From a virus, in IMG/VR virus record IMGVR_UViG_3300038701_001532, positions 1 to 33,953 of that record: a stretch of 33,953 nucleotides of DNA; one strand, written 5' to 3'. Positions 21,239 to 29,533 of the stretch are shown here, piece by piece (within the stretch, counting starts at the first letter, position 1; every line of letters starts with the position of its first letter). The notes beneath the pieces were generated by a model. That model was not told the DNA's origin and made no database searches. It was given only the letters and a program-made list of their open reading frames with translations. The translations under genes were made by a program, and so were the position numbers.

Positions 21239-22645
21239 TTACCTCACGTTTTTAGCTCGTTCGCGGTCAAGATTCTGGTTTGATATCTCGACGATCTTTG
21301 TTTTGTTCATGGGTGAATTAACAACCTTGGCCGTTAGTCCATCATCTGCTTGGATCTGTACTTTGATTTCTTGAGGTACGTTGCCAGTTGATAAGCTTCT
21401 ACCGTCTGCGCCAGTGATGACACCAAAGCCACCTTTTGACGCTTTGTTAGCCGAGTCGCCCCCAATCCTAAGCGTTTCACCCGCTGCGTTTGTTATTTCT
21501 GCAAAGCCCTTGACCGATTGTGAGGCTTTTTGTGTTTCTTCAGTGAGGCCGCCAATCTGATTATTTAACTCAGCTGAGATCTTATCCAATAATGATAAGC
21601 CCTCGTTCGTTTTATTTAGTGCCGCGTCTGACTCTTTGAACGCGTCTATAGTTGGCTTTAATATGTCGGCTTCAATTTGAGATCTTTGATCGTCGGTGAG
21701 GTTGTCCCCGCCAAGCTGCCCAATGATTCTAGCCGATGCAGTGCCTAGTTTAGCCGCCCCAATCTTTATAAAATTAAAGGCGTTGTTTACCGACTGGATG
21801 ATATCAATCAACCCTGAAAAGCCTTGAATGATTGCTTGGATAGACTGCAATACAACCTTAGCCACACTGAGCGATACCTTTTCAATGCCGCCCATTTCTT
21901 TTATTGTCTGTACAACAACATCAATGATTTTCTGGAACGGTTCGGCGACGTTCGCGGTAACTTTCTGCTTTATCGCGTCAAAGATTGCGCCAAGTCTTGT
22001 TTTGGAGTCGTTGAAAGCCTCAACTGCTTTTGCTTGTGAGTCGGTTATACCTAGTCCCAATTCTTCAAACTCTTTGTTTAATTTGTTCAAATCTTGGCCA
22101 AGGGTGTTAACAAGCGCGACACCTTCAGAGTCGAATAACTTAAACGCAAGCCTGACCTTGTCACCTTGAGATCCAATATTCTTAAAGGCGTTAGCAATCT
22201 TTTGAAACTGTTGATCTGGACTGAGCTTATTAAGTGCCTTGGCATCGATGCCTAATTCTTGAAGCGCTGCTACTGCCTCGCCGGTTCCTTGCGCGGCTTC
22301 ACCCACACGCCTAACCATTCTTTGTAAGGCCATGTTTAAGGTGTCAGTACCTACGCCCGATAATTGCGCCGCATATTGGAGTTTTTGCAACTCTCTAACA
22401 GGCACGCCGAGCTTGCTTGATGTCTTTGCAAGCTTATCAATCTCATTAGCCGTTGAATTGATTAATGCAGTAACCGCAGCCGTTGCCGCTGTCATAGAGG
22501 CCGCAACAATAGTACCTATCTTTGCTAGGTTTTTTGCTGCATTCTTAGCAAACTTTTCAACGCTACCCTTAGCGCCTGATAGACCTTGCTTTAGCTTTGC
22601 AGAATCAGCCGAAATTTTAACTTCAAGGTTAGCCGTCGTTGCCAT
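21239..22645 (-). CDS. Tail tape measure protein
   Basis: 468-aa Ala/Lys/Gln-rich helical ORF. Its N-terminal region (KLAKTSSKLGVPVRELQKLQYAAQLSGVGTDTLNMALQRM) matches the TP901-type tape measure core. It follows the chaperone pair. Confidence 0.85.
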   Translation of the reverse strand: MATTANLEVKISADSAKLKQGLSGAKGSVEKFAKNAAKNLAKIGTIVAASMTAATAAVTALINSTANEIDKLAKTSSKLGVPVRELQKLQYAAQLSGVGTDTLNMALQRMVRRVGEAAQGTGEAVAALQELGIDAKALNKLSPDQQFQKIANAFKNIGSQGDKVRLAFKLFDSEGVALVNTLGQDLNKLNKEFEELGLGITDSQAKAVEAFNDSKTRLGAIFDAIKQKVTANVAEPFQKIIDVVVQTIKEMGGIEKVSLSVAKVVLQSIQAIIQGFSGLIDIIQSVNNAFNFIKIGAAKLGTASARIIGQLGGDNLTDDQRSQIEADILKPTIDAFKESDAALNKTNEGLSLLDKISAELNNQIGGLTEETQKASQSVKGFAEITNAAGETLRIGGDSANKASKGGFGVITGADGRSLSTGNVPQEIKVQIQADDGLTAKVVNSPMNKTKIVEISNQNLDRERAKNVR

Positions 22646-22883
22646 TTATTGTATCCCCTAATAACCGCTTAAACGCTATTATCTGTTGTTCACGGCTTAG
22701 TTTCCTTGATGCCTCTAGTTCTTTTTGCCTCATGTAAGCCGCCAGCCATTCGTCACTATTCGATAGATCATAGGCCAGCCATTCGGCGACCTCATCAAGC
22801 GTTAGAGTTTGTTCTAACTCTTTGACTGGCATACTAAGGCGCTCAGCAAGTGAAAACAGATAGCGCCTTAGTGGGCGGCTCAT
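22629..22883 (-). CDS. Tail assembly chaperone, T-like -1 frame segment
   Basis: 84-aa ORF in the -1 frame relative to the upstream G-like ORF, and reachable through the slippery heptamer. Its position between the tail tube and tape measure genes is canonical. Confidence 0.65.
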   Translation of the reverse strand: MSRPLRRYLFSLAERLSMPVKELEQTLTLDEVAEWLAYDLSNSDEWLAAYMRQKELEASRKLSREQQIIAFKRLLGDTINGNDG

Positions 22884-23233
22884 TAGTTTTTTGCTAGTTC
22901 GTCGACATCTTCGTCAGTAATACCGTTCAATGCTTGAGATATAGCAAACAATTTATCGACTACTTTTGCAGATCTGTATTGTAAGTTTTTCATATCTTCA
23001 AGGGTAAACATCAAGTCGCCCTTTTCATCAACGATGCTTGCAATCAAAAACCTAAGTCTTAGGTTTCGACGGCTTAGATCTTTGTCTTCAGAGGTTGCGA
23101 TCATTTCGATCTCTTCTCTGTCAACTATGGACATGGTAGATATTCTGACAACACCGCCCCACTCTTTAACCTCAACATCTTTGTAAGGTTTATCTTTTGC
23201 CGTGAAAATCTGTTCTTTGTTTAAAAGTTCCAT
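22883..23233 (-). CDS. Tail assembly chaperone, G-like
   Basis: 116-aa acidic ORF between the tail tube and tape measure genes. It ends at the slippery site. Confidence 0.7.
   Translation of the reverse strand: MELLNKEQIFTAKDKPYKDVEVKEWGGVVRISTMSIVDREEIEMIATSEDKDLSRRNLRLRFLIASIVDEKGDLMFTLEDMKNLQYRSAKVVDKLFAISQALNGITDEDVDELAKN
22886..22892 (-). other. Programmed -1 ribosomal frameshift slippery heptamer A_AAA_AAC
   Basis: The minus strand reads GCA AAA AAC TAA. The heptamer sits in the X_XXY_YYZ register right before the stop. The -1 frame continues CTA ATG AGC... into the 22629..22883 ORF. Confidence 0.65.
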
Positions 23234-23236
23234 TTA

Positions 23237-23398
23237 CTACCACCTACCTATGGGACATTTTGACTTTGTATAAGTAACCTTTGCGCGTATCAAACAGCCG
23301 CACTTATCACAAAAGCGGCTCTTTCTATGCTCGCATTGCTGACATAGATTAAACCGCTCTTTTCGTGTCTGCTTATCGGCTATTACAACGCTTAACAT
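23237..23398 (-). CDS. Small Cys-rich (zinc-ribbon-like) protein, 53 aa (not in the ORF track)
   Basis: Manual translation gives MLSVVIADKQTRKERFNLCQQCEHRKSRFCDKCGCLIRAKVTYTKSKCPIGRW*. It has CxxC, then CxxCxC, then CPxGxW. It fills the gap between the flanking genes and is coupled to the upstream stop (TAACATG). Confidence 0.5.
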   Translation of the reverse strand: MLSVVIADKQTRKERFNLCQQCEHRKSRFCDKCGCLIRAKVTYTKSKCPIGRW

Positions 23399-23399
23399 G

Positions 23400-23801
23400 T
23401 TATGACCAGACAACCGCGCCGGTTACTTTCATGTTTGCTGAGCCTGTAACGGTCGCATCAACACCACCGGCACTTGATAATGATTTAACGTAAGCACTGA
23501 ACGTTGCAACGTCACCGCTAGCTAAGGTCAGTACGCATACACGTGTAGCCTGTGCCGCTTTCGCTGTTAACATTTCAGTTTGCCCGGCATCGCTTGGATC
23601 TCTTTGTAGCTCAATGCTGAACGCCCCGAAATCTTGCAAGCCTTGTCTAAATTCTTTTGCTGTACTGGCTAGGGTTGTGATGTCGATATCACTAGCCTCA
23701 CCATCAAAGCCACTAAAAGAAACGATGCCACCCACTGTTTGAGGTGAGCCACCGCCGTTTTGAATTGTGAATGTTGCACCTTGCGCGTCTAAAACAGCCA
23801 T
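23400..23801 (-). CDS. Major tail (tube) protein
   Basis: 133-aa ORF located between the tail-terminator-like gene and the chaperones. GATFTI...DITTLASTAKEF..GLQDFGAFSIEL fits small siphovirus tail tube proteins. Confidence 0.7.
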   Translation of the reverse strand: MAVLDAQGATFTIQNGGGSPQTVGGIVSFSGFDGEASDIDITTLASTAKEFRQGLQDFGAFSIELQRDPSDAGQTEMLTAKAAQATRVCVLTLASGDVATFSAYVKSLSSAGGVDATVTGSANMKVTGAVVWS

Positions 23802-23818
23802 TGTTTGTATCTCCTTGA

Positions 23819-24247
23819 CTAACTAGTGTAGCAATTAAAGTTTATTCCTAATGAACCCGTAAACCAGAGCTTACCGTCTACCACTAGGCCGCCATTTTGA
23901 CCGCCTGTTGGTGTCTCTCTTGTAATCTCTCTAATAAAAATACTTGTGTCGCCCTGTGTTATTGATTGGTTAGCCTTAAAGTGCTCGTATATTTCGCCCA
24001 TCTTTAATAGCATTGCTTTAGCGCCTTTTTCAGGGGGGTAAAACAAATCAATCTGATATATACCGGGGTTTTGCTGTGCGCCCTCTACGTGTAGCAATGT
24101 AGCGGGGGCATAAAGCATTGTCGGCCTAAGCCATGGATCTTGTTGCGTGGGCGTATAGTTAACGTTTTCCCACGCCACGGGCAAGCCATCAGCTAAGCTT
24201 TGCAAGGTCTTATCAAACGCTATTTGTACGTCTTCAAAAAAACTCAT
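23819..24247 (-). CDS. Tail terminator-like protein (DUF4128-like)
   Basis: 142-aa ORF. VAWENVNYTPTQQDPWLRPTML resembles the N-terminal motif of the gpU-like tail completion family. Its position also fits. Confidence 0.55.
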   Translation of the reverse strand: MSFFEDVQIAFDKTLQSLADGLPVAWENVNYTPTQQDPWLRPTMLYAPATLLHVEGAQQNPGIYQIDLFYPPEKGAKAMLLKMGEIYEHFKANQSITQGDTSIFIREITRETPTGGQNGGLVVDGKLWFTGSLGINFNCYTS

Positions 24248-24642
24248 TTCTTATACTTCCTTGCCATCTTTTCTAAGTATGGGATGAACGCCTTAACGCT
24301 ATTTCTAACCATTCCATTTGGTCGCCTTCCAGCGCTGCCGTTTTCGATGACCTCGGCATAAGGTAAATTGTTAGTAAAATAGATAACATCTTTTAGGGCG
24401 AACTTATTAACGGCGCTCTTGGCTCTGGTTATAGTCGAGCTACCGCCCTTGTCTGTCGTGCTCACTACAGACTTAAGCGAACTGTTAACGGATGCTTGCC
24501 AATTACCACGTAAACGCCCCGTGTCTACAGGGGTTAGCTTGATGATTGCGCCAAACAACTCTAATGCTGCACCACGTACAACCTTTTCATTTGCATCAAT
24601 TACGATCTCAGTAGCTTTGTTGAACTCTTTTTCAAAGCTCAC
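24244..24642 (-). CDS. HK97 gp10-like head-tail joining protein
   Basis: 132-aa ORF. LTPVDTGRLRGNWQ is the hallmark motif of the HK97 gp10 family. Confidence 0.75.
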   Translation of the reverse strand: MSFEKEFNKATEIVIDANEKVVRGAALELFGAIIKLTPVDTGRLRGNWQASVNSSLKSVVSTTDKGGSSTITRAKSAVNKFALKDVIYFTNNLPYAEVIENGSAGRRPNGMVRNSVKAFIPYLEKMARKYKK

Positions 24643-24998
24643 TTTCTCACCGCCAATATGTAAATGATGTCTGAGCCTTGAGCTATCAGACTGTTAACCG
24701 AAACAACCCGGTATATGTCACCCGAAAATGTCACGGTGTCGCCAATCAGCGGCTTGGTATCGGTCTTGTTTACTAGCAACTTGGTGTCAGTGCGTTGTAT
24801 AACTGTACCGTCTACCTCATTCGCCATGAATTGATCTGGCTGAACTTTGCCGCTAAATGTCGTGAACGTGCTAGCGCCCATGTCGCCCGTTTGCGGGTTG
24901 TAAGCGCCCTCAACCTCACGGCTAAACGTTCCATCTTGCCCATAGGTAGTAAGTAGCTTTAACGCAACCGCTGTTAGTCCGTCACTAAACGCGCCCAT
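24639..24998 (-). CDS. Head closure / head-tail adaptor protein
   Basis: 119-aa ORF. The assignment rests on its position and a C-terminal GDTVTFSGDIYRVVSV pattern seen in head closure proteins. Confidence 0.5.
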   Translation of the reverse strand: MGAFSDGLTAVALKLLTTYGQDGTFSREVEGAYNPQTGDMGASTFTTFSGKVQPDQFMANEVDGTVIQRTDTKLLVNKTDTKPLIGDTVTFSGDIYRVVSVNSLIAQGSDIIYILAVRK

Positions 24999-25480
24999 TA
25001 GCCCCGCCCTACATTAAATTGCGAGCCGCCAGAGCCACCACCTAAAAGCTTTCTAAGTGATGAGCTAATCTTTCTTACAATTGTGGTTGATGATGCGTTA
25101 TCGGCATACGTGACGCTGAGAGATCCAACTGTCTCACTTTTAGTTGTTCTAGCAATATCAGCTAATGGATCTTGTCCGTTATCGATAGCAAGCGCCGATT
25201 CCATTAGACCGTTTTTTAACTCGGTCGGTATTTCATCGGCATCAACTAAGTAATCATCGACATAAACGCCAGCCCTTGGCCACTGCAAAGGTTGATCTTT
25301 AGTAAACTTAGTACCTTTGTAGCTTTGCGCCTCTATGTAGTCCATGCCTCTAATCAGTAATTGCTCACCGTCAGTTGAAAGCGTCAAGCCGCGAGCCGTT
25401 GCATAAGCTGTTAGCTCTGCTTCACTCACGTATGAGTTAGCGCCGGTTACGATCGTGCCGTCTTCAACAATGATAGTCAT
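24998..25480 (-). CDS. Head-tail connector (gp6-like / DnaT-like N-terminal domain)
   Basis: 160-aa ORF. IIVEDGTIVTGANSYVSEAELTAYATARG is the typical N-terminus of this connector family. Confidence 0.65.
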   Translation of the reverse strand: MTIIVEDGTIVTGANSYVSEAELTAYATARGLTLSTDGEQLLIRGMDYIEAQSYKGTKFTKDQPLQWPRAGVYVDDYLVDADEIPTELKNGLMESALAIDNGQDPLADIARTTKSETVGSLSVTYADNASSTTIVRKISSSLRKLLGGGSGGSQFNVGRG

Positions 25481-25989
25481 TATGCTGTTTCACCTATAAA
25501 GATAACGTCATATTCAACAGTGGTTGAACCCGCGCTATTTGTAAACCTGAGTATGTCGCCGGTTGTGGCAGTCACGACGTAGCCATCAGCGTTAGGATTA
25601 CATAAGCCCATAAATGTACCCGGTGGTAAAATAAGCGTGTCTGAGTCATCACCAAAGAATGTACCAAACACCGCTGAGCCTTCAGCCCCGATGATTAGAT
25701 TATTGGTGTTACCAGCCGCAGCCTTAACAAAGATCCCTTTAATAGATGTAAAGGTTATTGAAGTGCCTAGTGCGTTGGTTAATCCACCGGCCAAATCTAG
25801 ATCGTCGTTTCCTGACGCTGTGATCGTTCTAGTATCTGACCAAACTTGATTGGCTTGCGCTGCACCTGTACCGTCTGCAAAGTTTTGTGAAAAAGTTTGA
25901 TTCAAGCTAAAGTTAGCCGTTCCGATATCTAATGCATTTGATAGCGCGGCTGTTACGTTAAGCTTTACGCTCGCTGTTAATGTTGACAT
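25480..25989 (-). CDS. Virion-associated hypothetical protein
   Basis: 169-aa ORF in the head module with start/stop overlaps to its neighbours. The QANQVWSDTRTITASGNDDLDLAG pattern is recalled from other phages, where the function is unknown. Confidence 0.5.
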   Translation of the reverse strand: MSTLTASVKLNVTAALSNALDIGTANFSLNQTFSQNFADGTGAAQANQVWSDTRTITASGNDDLDLAGGLTNALGTSITFTSIKGIFVKAAAGNTNNLIIGAEGSAVFGTFFGDDSDTLILPPGTFMGLCNPNADGYVVTATTGDILRFTNSAGSTTVEYDVIFIGETA

Positions 25990-26010
25990 ATTTAAACCTC
26001 GTGTTTGTTG

Positions 26011-26910
26011 TTAAGCAGCTGCATATCTAATTACAGCCACGCCCTTAAAGCCGTCTTTGCCCGTAACGTTTGTGGTAAACCCACCGCTACCGCAACCGTA
26101 AGATACTGGACTGCTTCCAGCCGTTGGCGCTGCTTCTGTGCCGCCTGAGCCACTACCCGCATCAGTACCAGCCGCGCCACCCGTGCCGGGTTCAGCGTCG
26201 TTAGTTCTTGCGCCACCGCCACCGCCAGATGATAGTTTTGTCATCCCAGAAAATGAGGTAAGCGTTTTAGTGTCTGCGTCGATTGTCCAGCCTTCACCGC
26301 CGTAACCACCAACAGAGGCCGACGTAACGCCTTGGCCATCTTGACCAGCCGACGAGAAACCGCCACCACCGCCAGCGCCACCGTTTGAGTCTGTAGTCGC
26401 GTCGCCGCCATCATTACCTTGCGAGCCAGTACCGCCAGCCCGACCAGCTGTTGAGTTGTTGTTACCGCCACCGCCGCCCGATCCACCGTCTGCGCCATCA
26501 ACGCCGCTACTCTGACCAGTCCCACCAATGCCGCCTTTAACAGCCGTAAGCGTTCCAGCAGAATGCTCACATGTTGAGTCTTCAGCATCAGTATCGGTTG
26601 CAGCAATGCCACCCTCACCAACTGTAATTGCGTAAGATTGGCCTTTAACAAAAGTAACCTCTTGCCACTCTATGAGGCCACCGCCACCGCCACCGCCACC
26701 GCCGCGAGTAATCGAAGATCCCTCGCGCCCAGTGCCACCGCCAGCAACCAGCAAAACGTTAGCCGTTAAGTTTGAGCCAGCCGTAAACGTGCCATCCTCA
26801 GTAAACACGTGGTAAACATTATCGTTCACCGTGTCGATCTCATTGCCACCCGTGCTTGGGGCATCTGGTATGCCGCCGCCCTGCATGACTCTTGAAATAT
26901 TCGGATTCAT
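26011..26910 (-). CDS. Glycine-rich domain protein (possible capsid surface or fibre protein)
   Basis: 299-aa ORF. VYHVFTEDGTFTAGSNLTANVLLVAGGGTG...GGGGGGGGG matches the N-terminal pattern of glycine-rich-domain phage proteins. About 35% of residues are Gly. Confidence 0.65.
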   Translation of the reverse strand: MNPNISRVMQGGGIPDAPSTGGNEIDTVNDNVYHVFTEDGTFTAGSNLTANVLLVAGGGTGREGSSITRGGGGGGGGGLIEWQEVTFVKGQSYAITVGEGGIAATDTDAEDSTCEHSAGTLTAVKGGIGGTGQSSGVDGADGGSGGGGGNNNSTAGRAGGTGSQGNDGGDATTDSNGGAGGGGGFSSAGQDGQGVTSASVGGYGGEGWTIDADTKTLTSFSGMTKLSSGGGGGARTNDAEPGTGGAAGTDAGSGSGGTEAAPTAGSSPVSYGCGSGGFTTNVTGKDGFKGVAVIRYAAA

Positions 26911-26919
26911 AAAGCCACC

Positions 26920-27582
26920 TTATGCAACCGCTTTCACATCAAGCGCAACAACATTGCCATAAACTGTATCGCTGGCATCAGTCCAAAACGCCACCACATC
27001 GGTTCCGGTAGTCGTTAGAGTTGGCGCAGTACCGCCAGCCCACAAAACACCCGCTGGCCATGTGATAGTTGAGCCGCCACCGTTGACAATGTTTAACAGC
27101 AACGAGTTAACCTCACTGCTTGGAAACGTAAAAGCAAACGTACAGTTTGAGCTTACAGTCACCTCATGCAACGAGCCGTCAAGGTATGAAAATGTGTATG
27201 TTGTATCAGAGTCCGCGGTCACATCGTCGGCTTGATTGAGATTAACCCGGCGCTTTAACTCTGCGTCGACCTCATCGATTGCGCCCTCTGTCGTGGTTGC
27301 AGTTAGGCCGCTCGCGGTATTGTCGAATGATTGCGTTGCAGCGGTTGGAGCTGCACCGGCGAATGCTTCAGTTTTAGAAACAGATCCACCCTTTAGATCA
27401 ACAACGACAAAGTAGTCGACGTTATAAGATCCAACGGTGATTGGTGTAGAAGCGGTAACAGCTTGTAAATAAACTGGCGCTTCACCCGCTTGAGTTTGTA
27501 GCGCTACATATCCAGATGCGAAAGCATCCGGCGTAATAGTGACGCTATTCTCACGCGGCAAGAAAAAGACTTGCTTAGCCAT
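26920..27582 (-). CDS. Fibre-like or decoration-like structural protein
   Basis: 220-aa ORF directly after the coat gene. TTEGAIDEVDAEL and the C-terminal ITWPAGVLWAGGTAPTLTTTGTDVVAFWT resemble motifs found in phage fibre proteins. Confidence 0.5.
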   Translation of the reverse strand: MAKQVFFLPRENSVTITPDAFASGYVALQTQAGEAPVYLQAVTASTPITVGSYNVDYFVVVDLKGGSVSKTEAFAGAAPTAATQSFDNTASGLTATTTEGAIDEVDAELKRRVNLNQADDVTADSDTTYTFSYLDGSLHEVTVSSNCTFAFTFPSSEVNSLLLNIVNGGGSTITWPAGVLWAGGTAPTLTTTGTDVVAFWTDASDTVYGNVVALDVKAVA

Positions 27583-27610
27583 CGTATGTGTTCCTTACAT
27601 TTAGGCGAAA

Positions 27611-27638
27611 GCCTAGCGCCCCCAAAAGGATGCTAGGC
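27611..27638 (-). terminator. Stem-loop downstream of the coat gene (possible attenuating terminator)
   Basis: GCCTAGC-(14 nt)-GCTAGGC, followed on the minus strand by TTTCGCC. The T-run is weak. Confidence 0.3.
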
Positions 27639-27655
27639 CGTTAATCCGATTAATC

Positions 27656-28813
27656 TTAGTCGATTAACAATGCTAAATGTTCAGGCTTGATGACCTCATA
27701 GCCCCAAACGATTGCAGCCTCATAGCGAACACGTCTATATTCTGGATACATTGAGATTTCGAAAGCCAAGCCACTATGTGGGTCAACAATCAATTCTCTA
27801 TCCAAAGCCATGTCACCTTCTTCAGGTAACGCGGGCGCACGTGTCGCTAGGTGAATAGCATTTCTGCTAAACGCCATGTTGCGTTGTGCGTTGTCGACAA
27901 TAACGATATCAGCTTGAGCCGCAGAAATAGAACCAAGTAAGCCCGGTTCAGCAATTGTTACCGTGCCGCCTGAGTCCATGTTACCGCCAGTTGTTACGAC
28001 GTATTTAGCGCCACTAGCATCACTTGAAAAAGTGATAACATCACCGGCCACAATGGTTCCTGAACCATCAGTTGCAACCGTGATTTCAGTTGCGCCAACC
28101 GCATAACCTGAAGAATCAGTTTTCAAGCCTGAGCCTGTACCAGCTGTATGCTCAGCCACTTGAGCCGATTCTCTGATAGCCATTCCGTGAACGTCTAACA
28201 AAACACCTTGGCGAACGATATCCTCGCGCCCGGCTGTGTCTGCGCCAGCATACTGAGCATTACCGCGTAAAGCTGCGCCGCTTAGTGTGTTCAGGATTAC
28301 ATGCATATCGAACAATGGGCAACCATTATCAACAATAGTTTTACGAACATTGGCGATATCTTTGTAGTTGGCAGCATCAAAAAGAGTTGTACCGGCTGGC
28401 TGAACCGCACGGCTAGCTTTAGTATACAAACTCGCAAGATCTGCTTCCATTTCGTTTGTTAGTGTACGGAAAGCTTGCGCCATCTGTGCAGCACGAACGT
28501 TTGAATAACCAACGCCGCTTTGAATACCCATTTGTTGCTCGCCGTTCCAGCGAATTGGGCAATAGCGTTGTTTGCTAATGGTCATTGTTTTGTTAGTTAA
28601 AGTTTGGTCGCCGTTATCAGCTGGCAATTGGCCGGGTGTGATATCCGCAGCGGTTGCAGCTGGAGCAACAAAAGATCTAACAGTTTGGCCAACAGCGGCA
28701 CGCTCAACACTAGAATCACGTGATACGGCTGGAATGAATCCAACAAGCTCACGCGAAACAACGTCTAAGGCTTCATATAGATCAGGTAATAGATTAGTAA
28801 TGGTATTAGCCAT
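27656..28813 (-). CDS. Major capsid protein (P22 gp5-type, HK97 fold)
   Basis: 385-aa ORF after the scaffold gene. The N-terminus ITNLLPDLYEALDVVSRELVGFIPAVSRDSSVERAAVGQTVRS fits the P22 coat family pattern. Confidence 0.8.
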   Translation of the reverse strand: MANTITNLLPDLYEALDVVSRELVGFIPAVSRDSSVERAAVGQTVRSFVAPAATAADITPGQLPADNGDQTLTNKTMTISKQRYCPIRWNGEQQMGIQSGVGYSNVRAAQMAQAFRTLTNEMEADLASLYTKASRAVQPAGTTLFDAANYKDIANVRKTIVDNGCPLFDMHVILNTLSGAALRGNAQYAGADTAGREDIVRQGVLLDVHGMAIRESAQVAEHTAGTGSGLKTDSSGYAVGATEITVATDGSGTIVAGDVITFSSDASGAKYVVTTGGNMDSGGTVTIAEPGLLGSISAAQADIVIVDNAQRNMAFSRNAIHLATRAPALPEEGDMALDRELIVDPHSGLAFEISMYPEYRRVRYEAAIVWGYEVIKPEHLALLID

Positions 28814-28845
28814 TTGGTGTCATCCTTGTTTGTAAAAGTTATCGT

Positions 28846-29520
28846 TTACTCGTCGAAAACTGTACCGCCATCCTTAAAGAATTTGGCCTTATCAATAGAG
28901 CCAAGCTTTTTAAAGTCAGTACGTGATATAGACTTTTTACTAGGAGCACCACCCCCAGCCCCAGCAGCACCACCGCCGGTTGCCTTGGAACCTTTTAGAA
29001 GCGGCTTAAACTTGTCGCTTCTTAAAAACTCATTCTTTAGATCATCAAGGGTTGACACAGTCAAGTTACCTTTCTCATCTAATACTTTAATTTCACCATC
29101 CACGATTTTTATACGCTTAGAGGCAAACACGCTTAATAGCTCAATGCTTGTACCCTCTGCAATTTCAGCCGACAATGCGAGCGAAGTATTCTTAATGATC
29201 TCGCGCTCTCTTGCTGTCTCAATTTGCTGTAGCTTTTCGTTTAAGGTTTTGTTCTTTTCTTCAGATGACTTTAGCAGCTGTTCATAATCGCCATCTTTTA
29301 AAGCTTTCTGTCTTGCAAGTTCCTCGGCTCTTTCTGCTTCCTCACGCGCCTTTTTTTTAGCGCCTTTGGTTTCGTCAAGTAGCTCATTCAACTTGCTTTT
29401 CATTCGCTTATTATCTTCAATTATAGATGCAATGTCTACATCTTGTTTTTTTTCTTCTTTGTTCTCGCCTTCTTTGTTCTTGTCTTCGTTCTCGTTTTCT
29501 TTGTTAGAATCTTCACTCAT
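28846..29520 (-). CDS. Scaffolding protein
   Basis: 224-aa highly charged (E/K) coiled-coil ORF located between the MuF-like and coat genes. Confidence 0.7.
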   Translation of the reverse strand: MSEDSNKENENEDKNKEGENKEEKKQDVDIASIIEDNKRMKSKLNELLDETKGAKKKAREEAERAEELARQKALKDGDYEQLLKSSEEKNKTLNEKLQQIETAREREIIKNTSLALSAEIAEGTSIELLSVFASKRIKIVDGEIKVLDEKGNLTVSTLDDLKNEFLRSDKFKPLLKGSKATGGGAAGAGGGAPSKKSISRTDFKKLGSIDKAKFFKDGGTVFDE

Positions 29521-29533
29521 GAATTAAACTCCT

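Noticed and set aside
26031-26651. Two same-strand alternative-frame ORFs (63 and 136 aa) inside the glycine-rich gene
   Set aside because: They are Ala/Leu/Val/Arg-rich shadow frames produced by the GGN-rich codon composition of the 299-aa gene. They have no RBS and lie entirely within a better-supported gene.
28814-29287. 157-aa plus-strand ORF antisense to the scaffold gene
   Set aside because: It is the mirror frame of an E/K-rich coiled-coil gene, giving an F/S/L-rich product. It has no RBS or promoter context.
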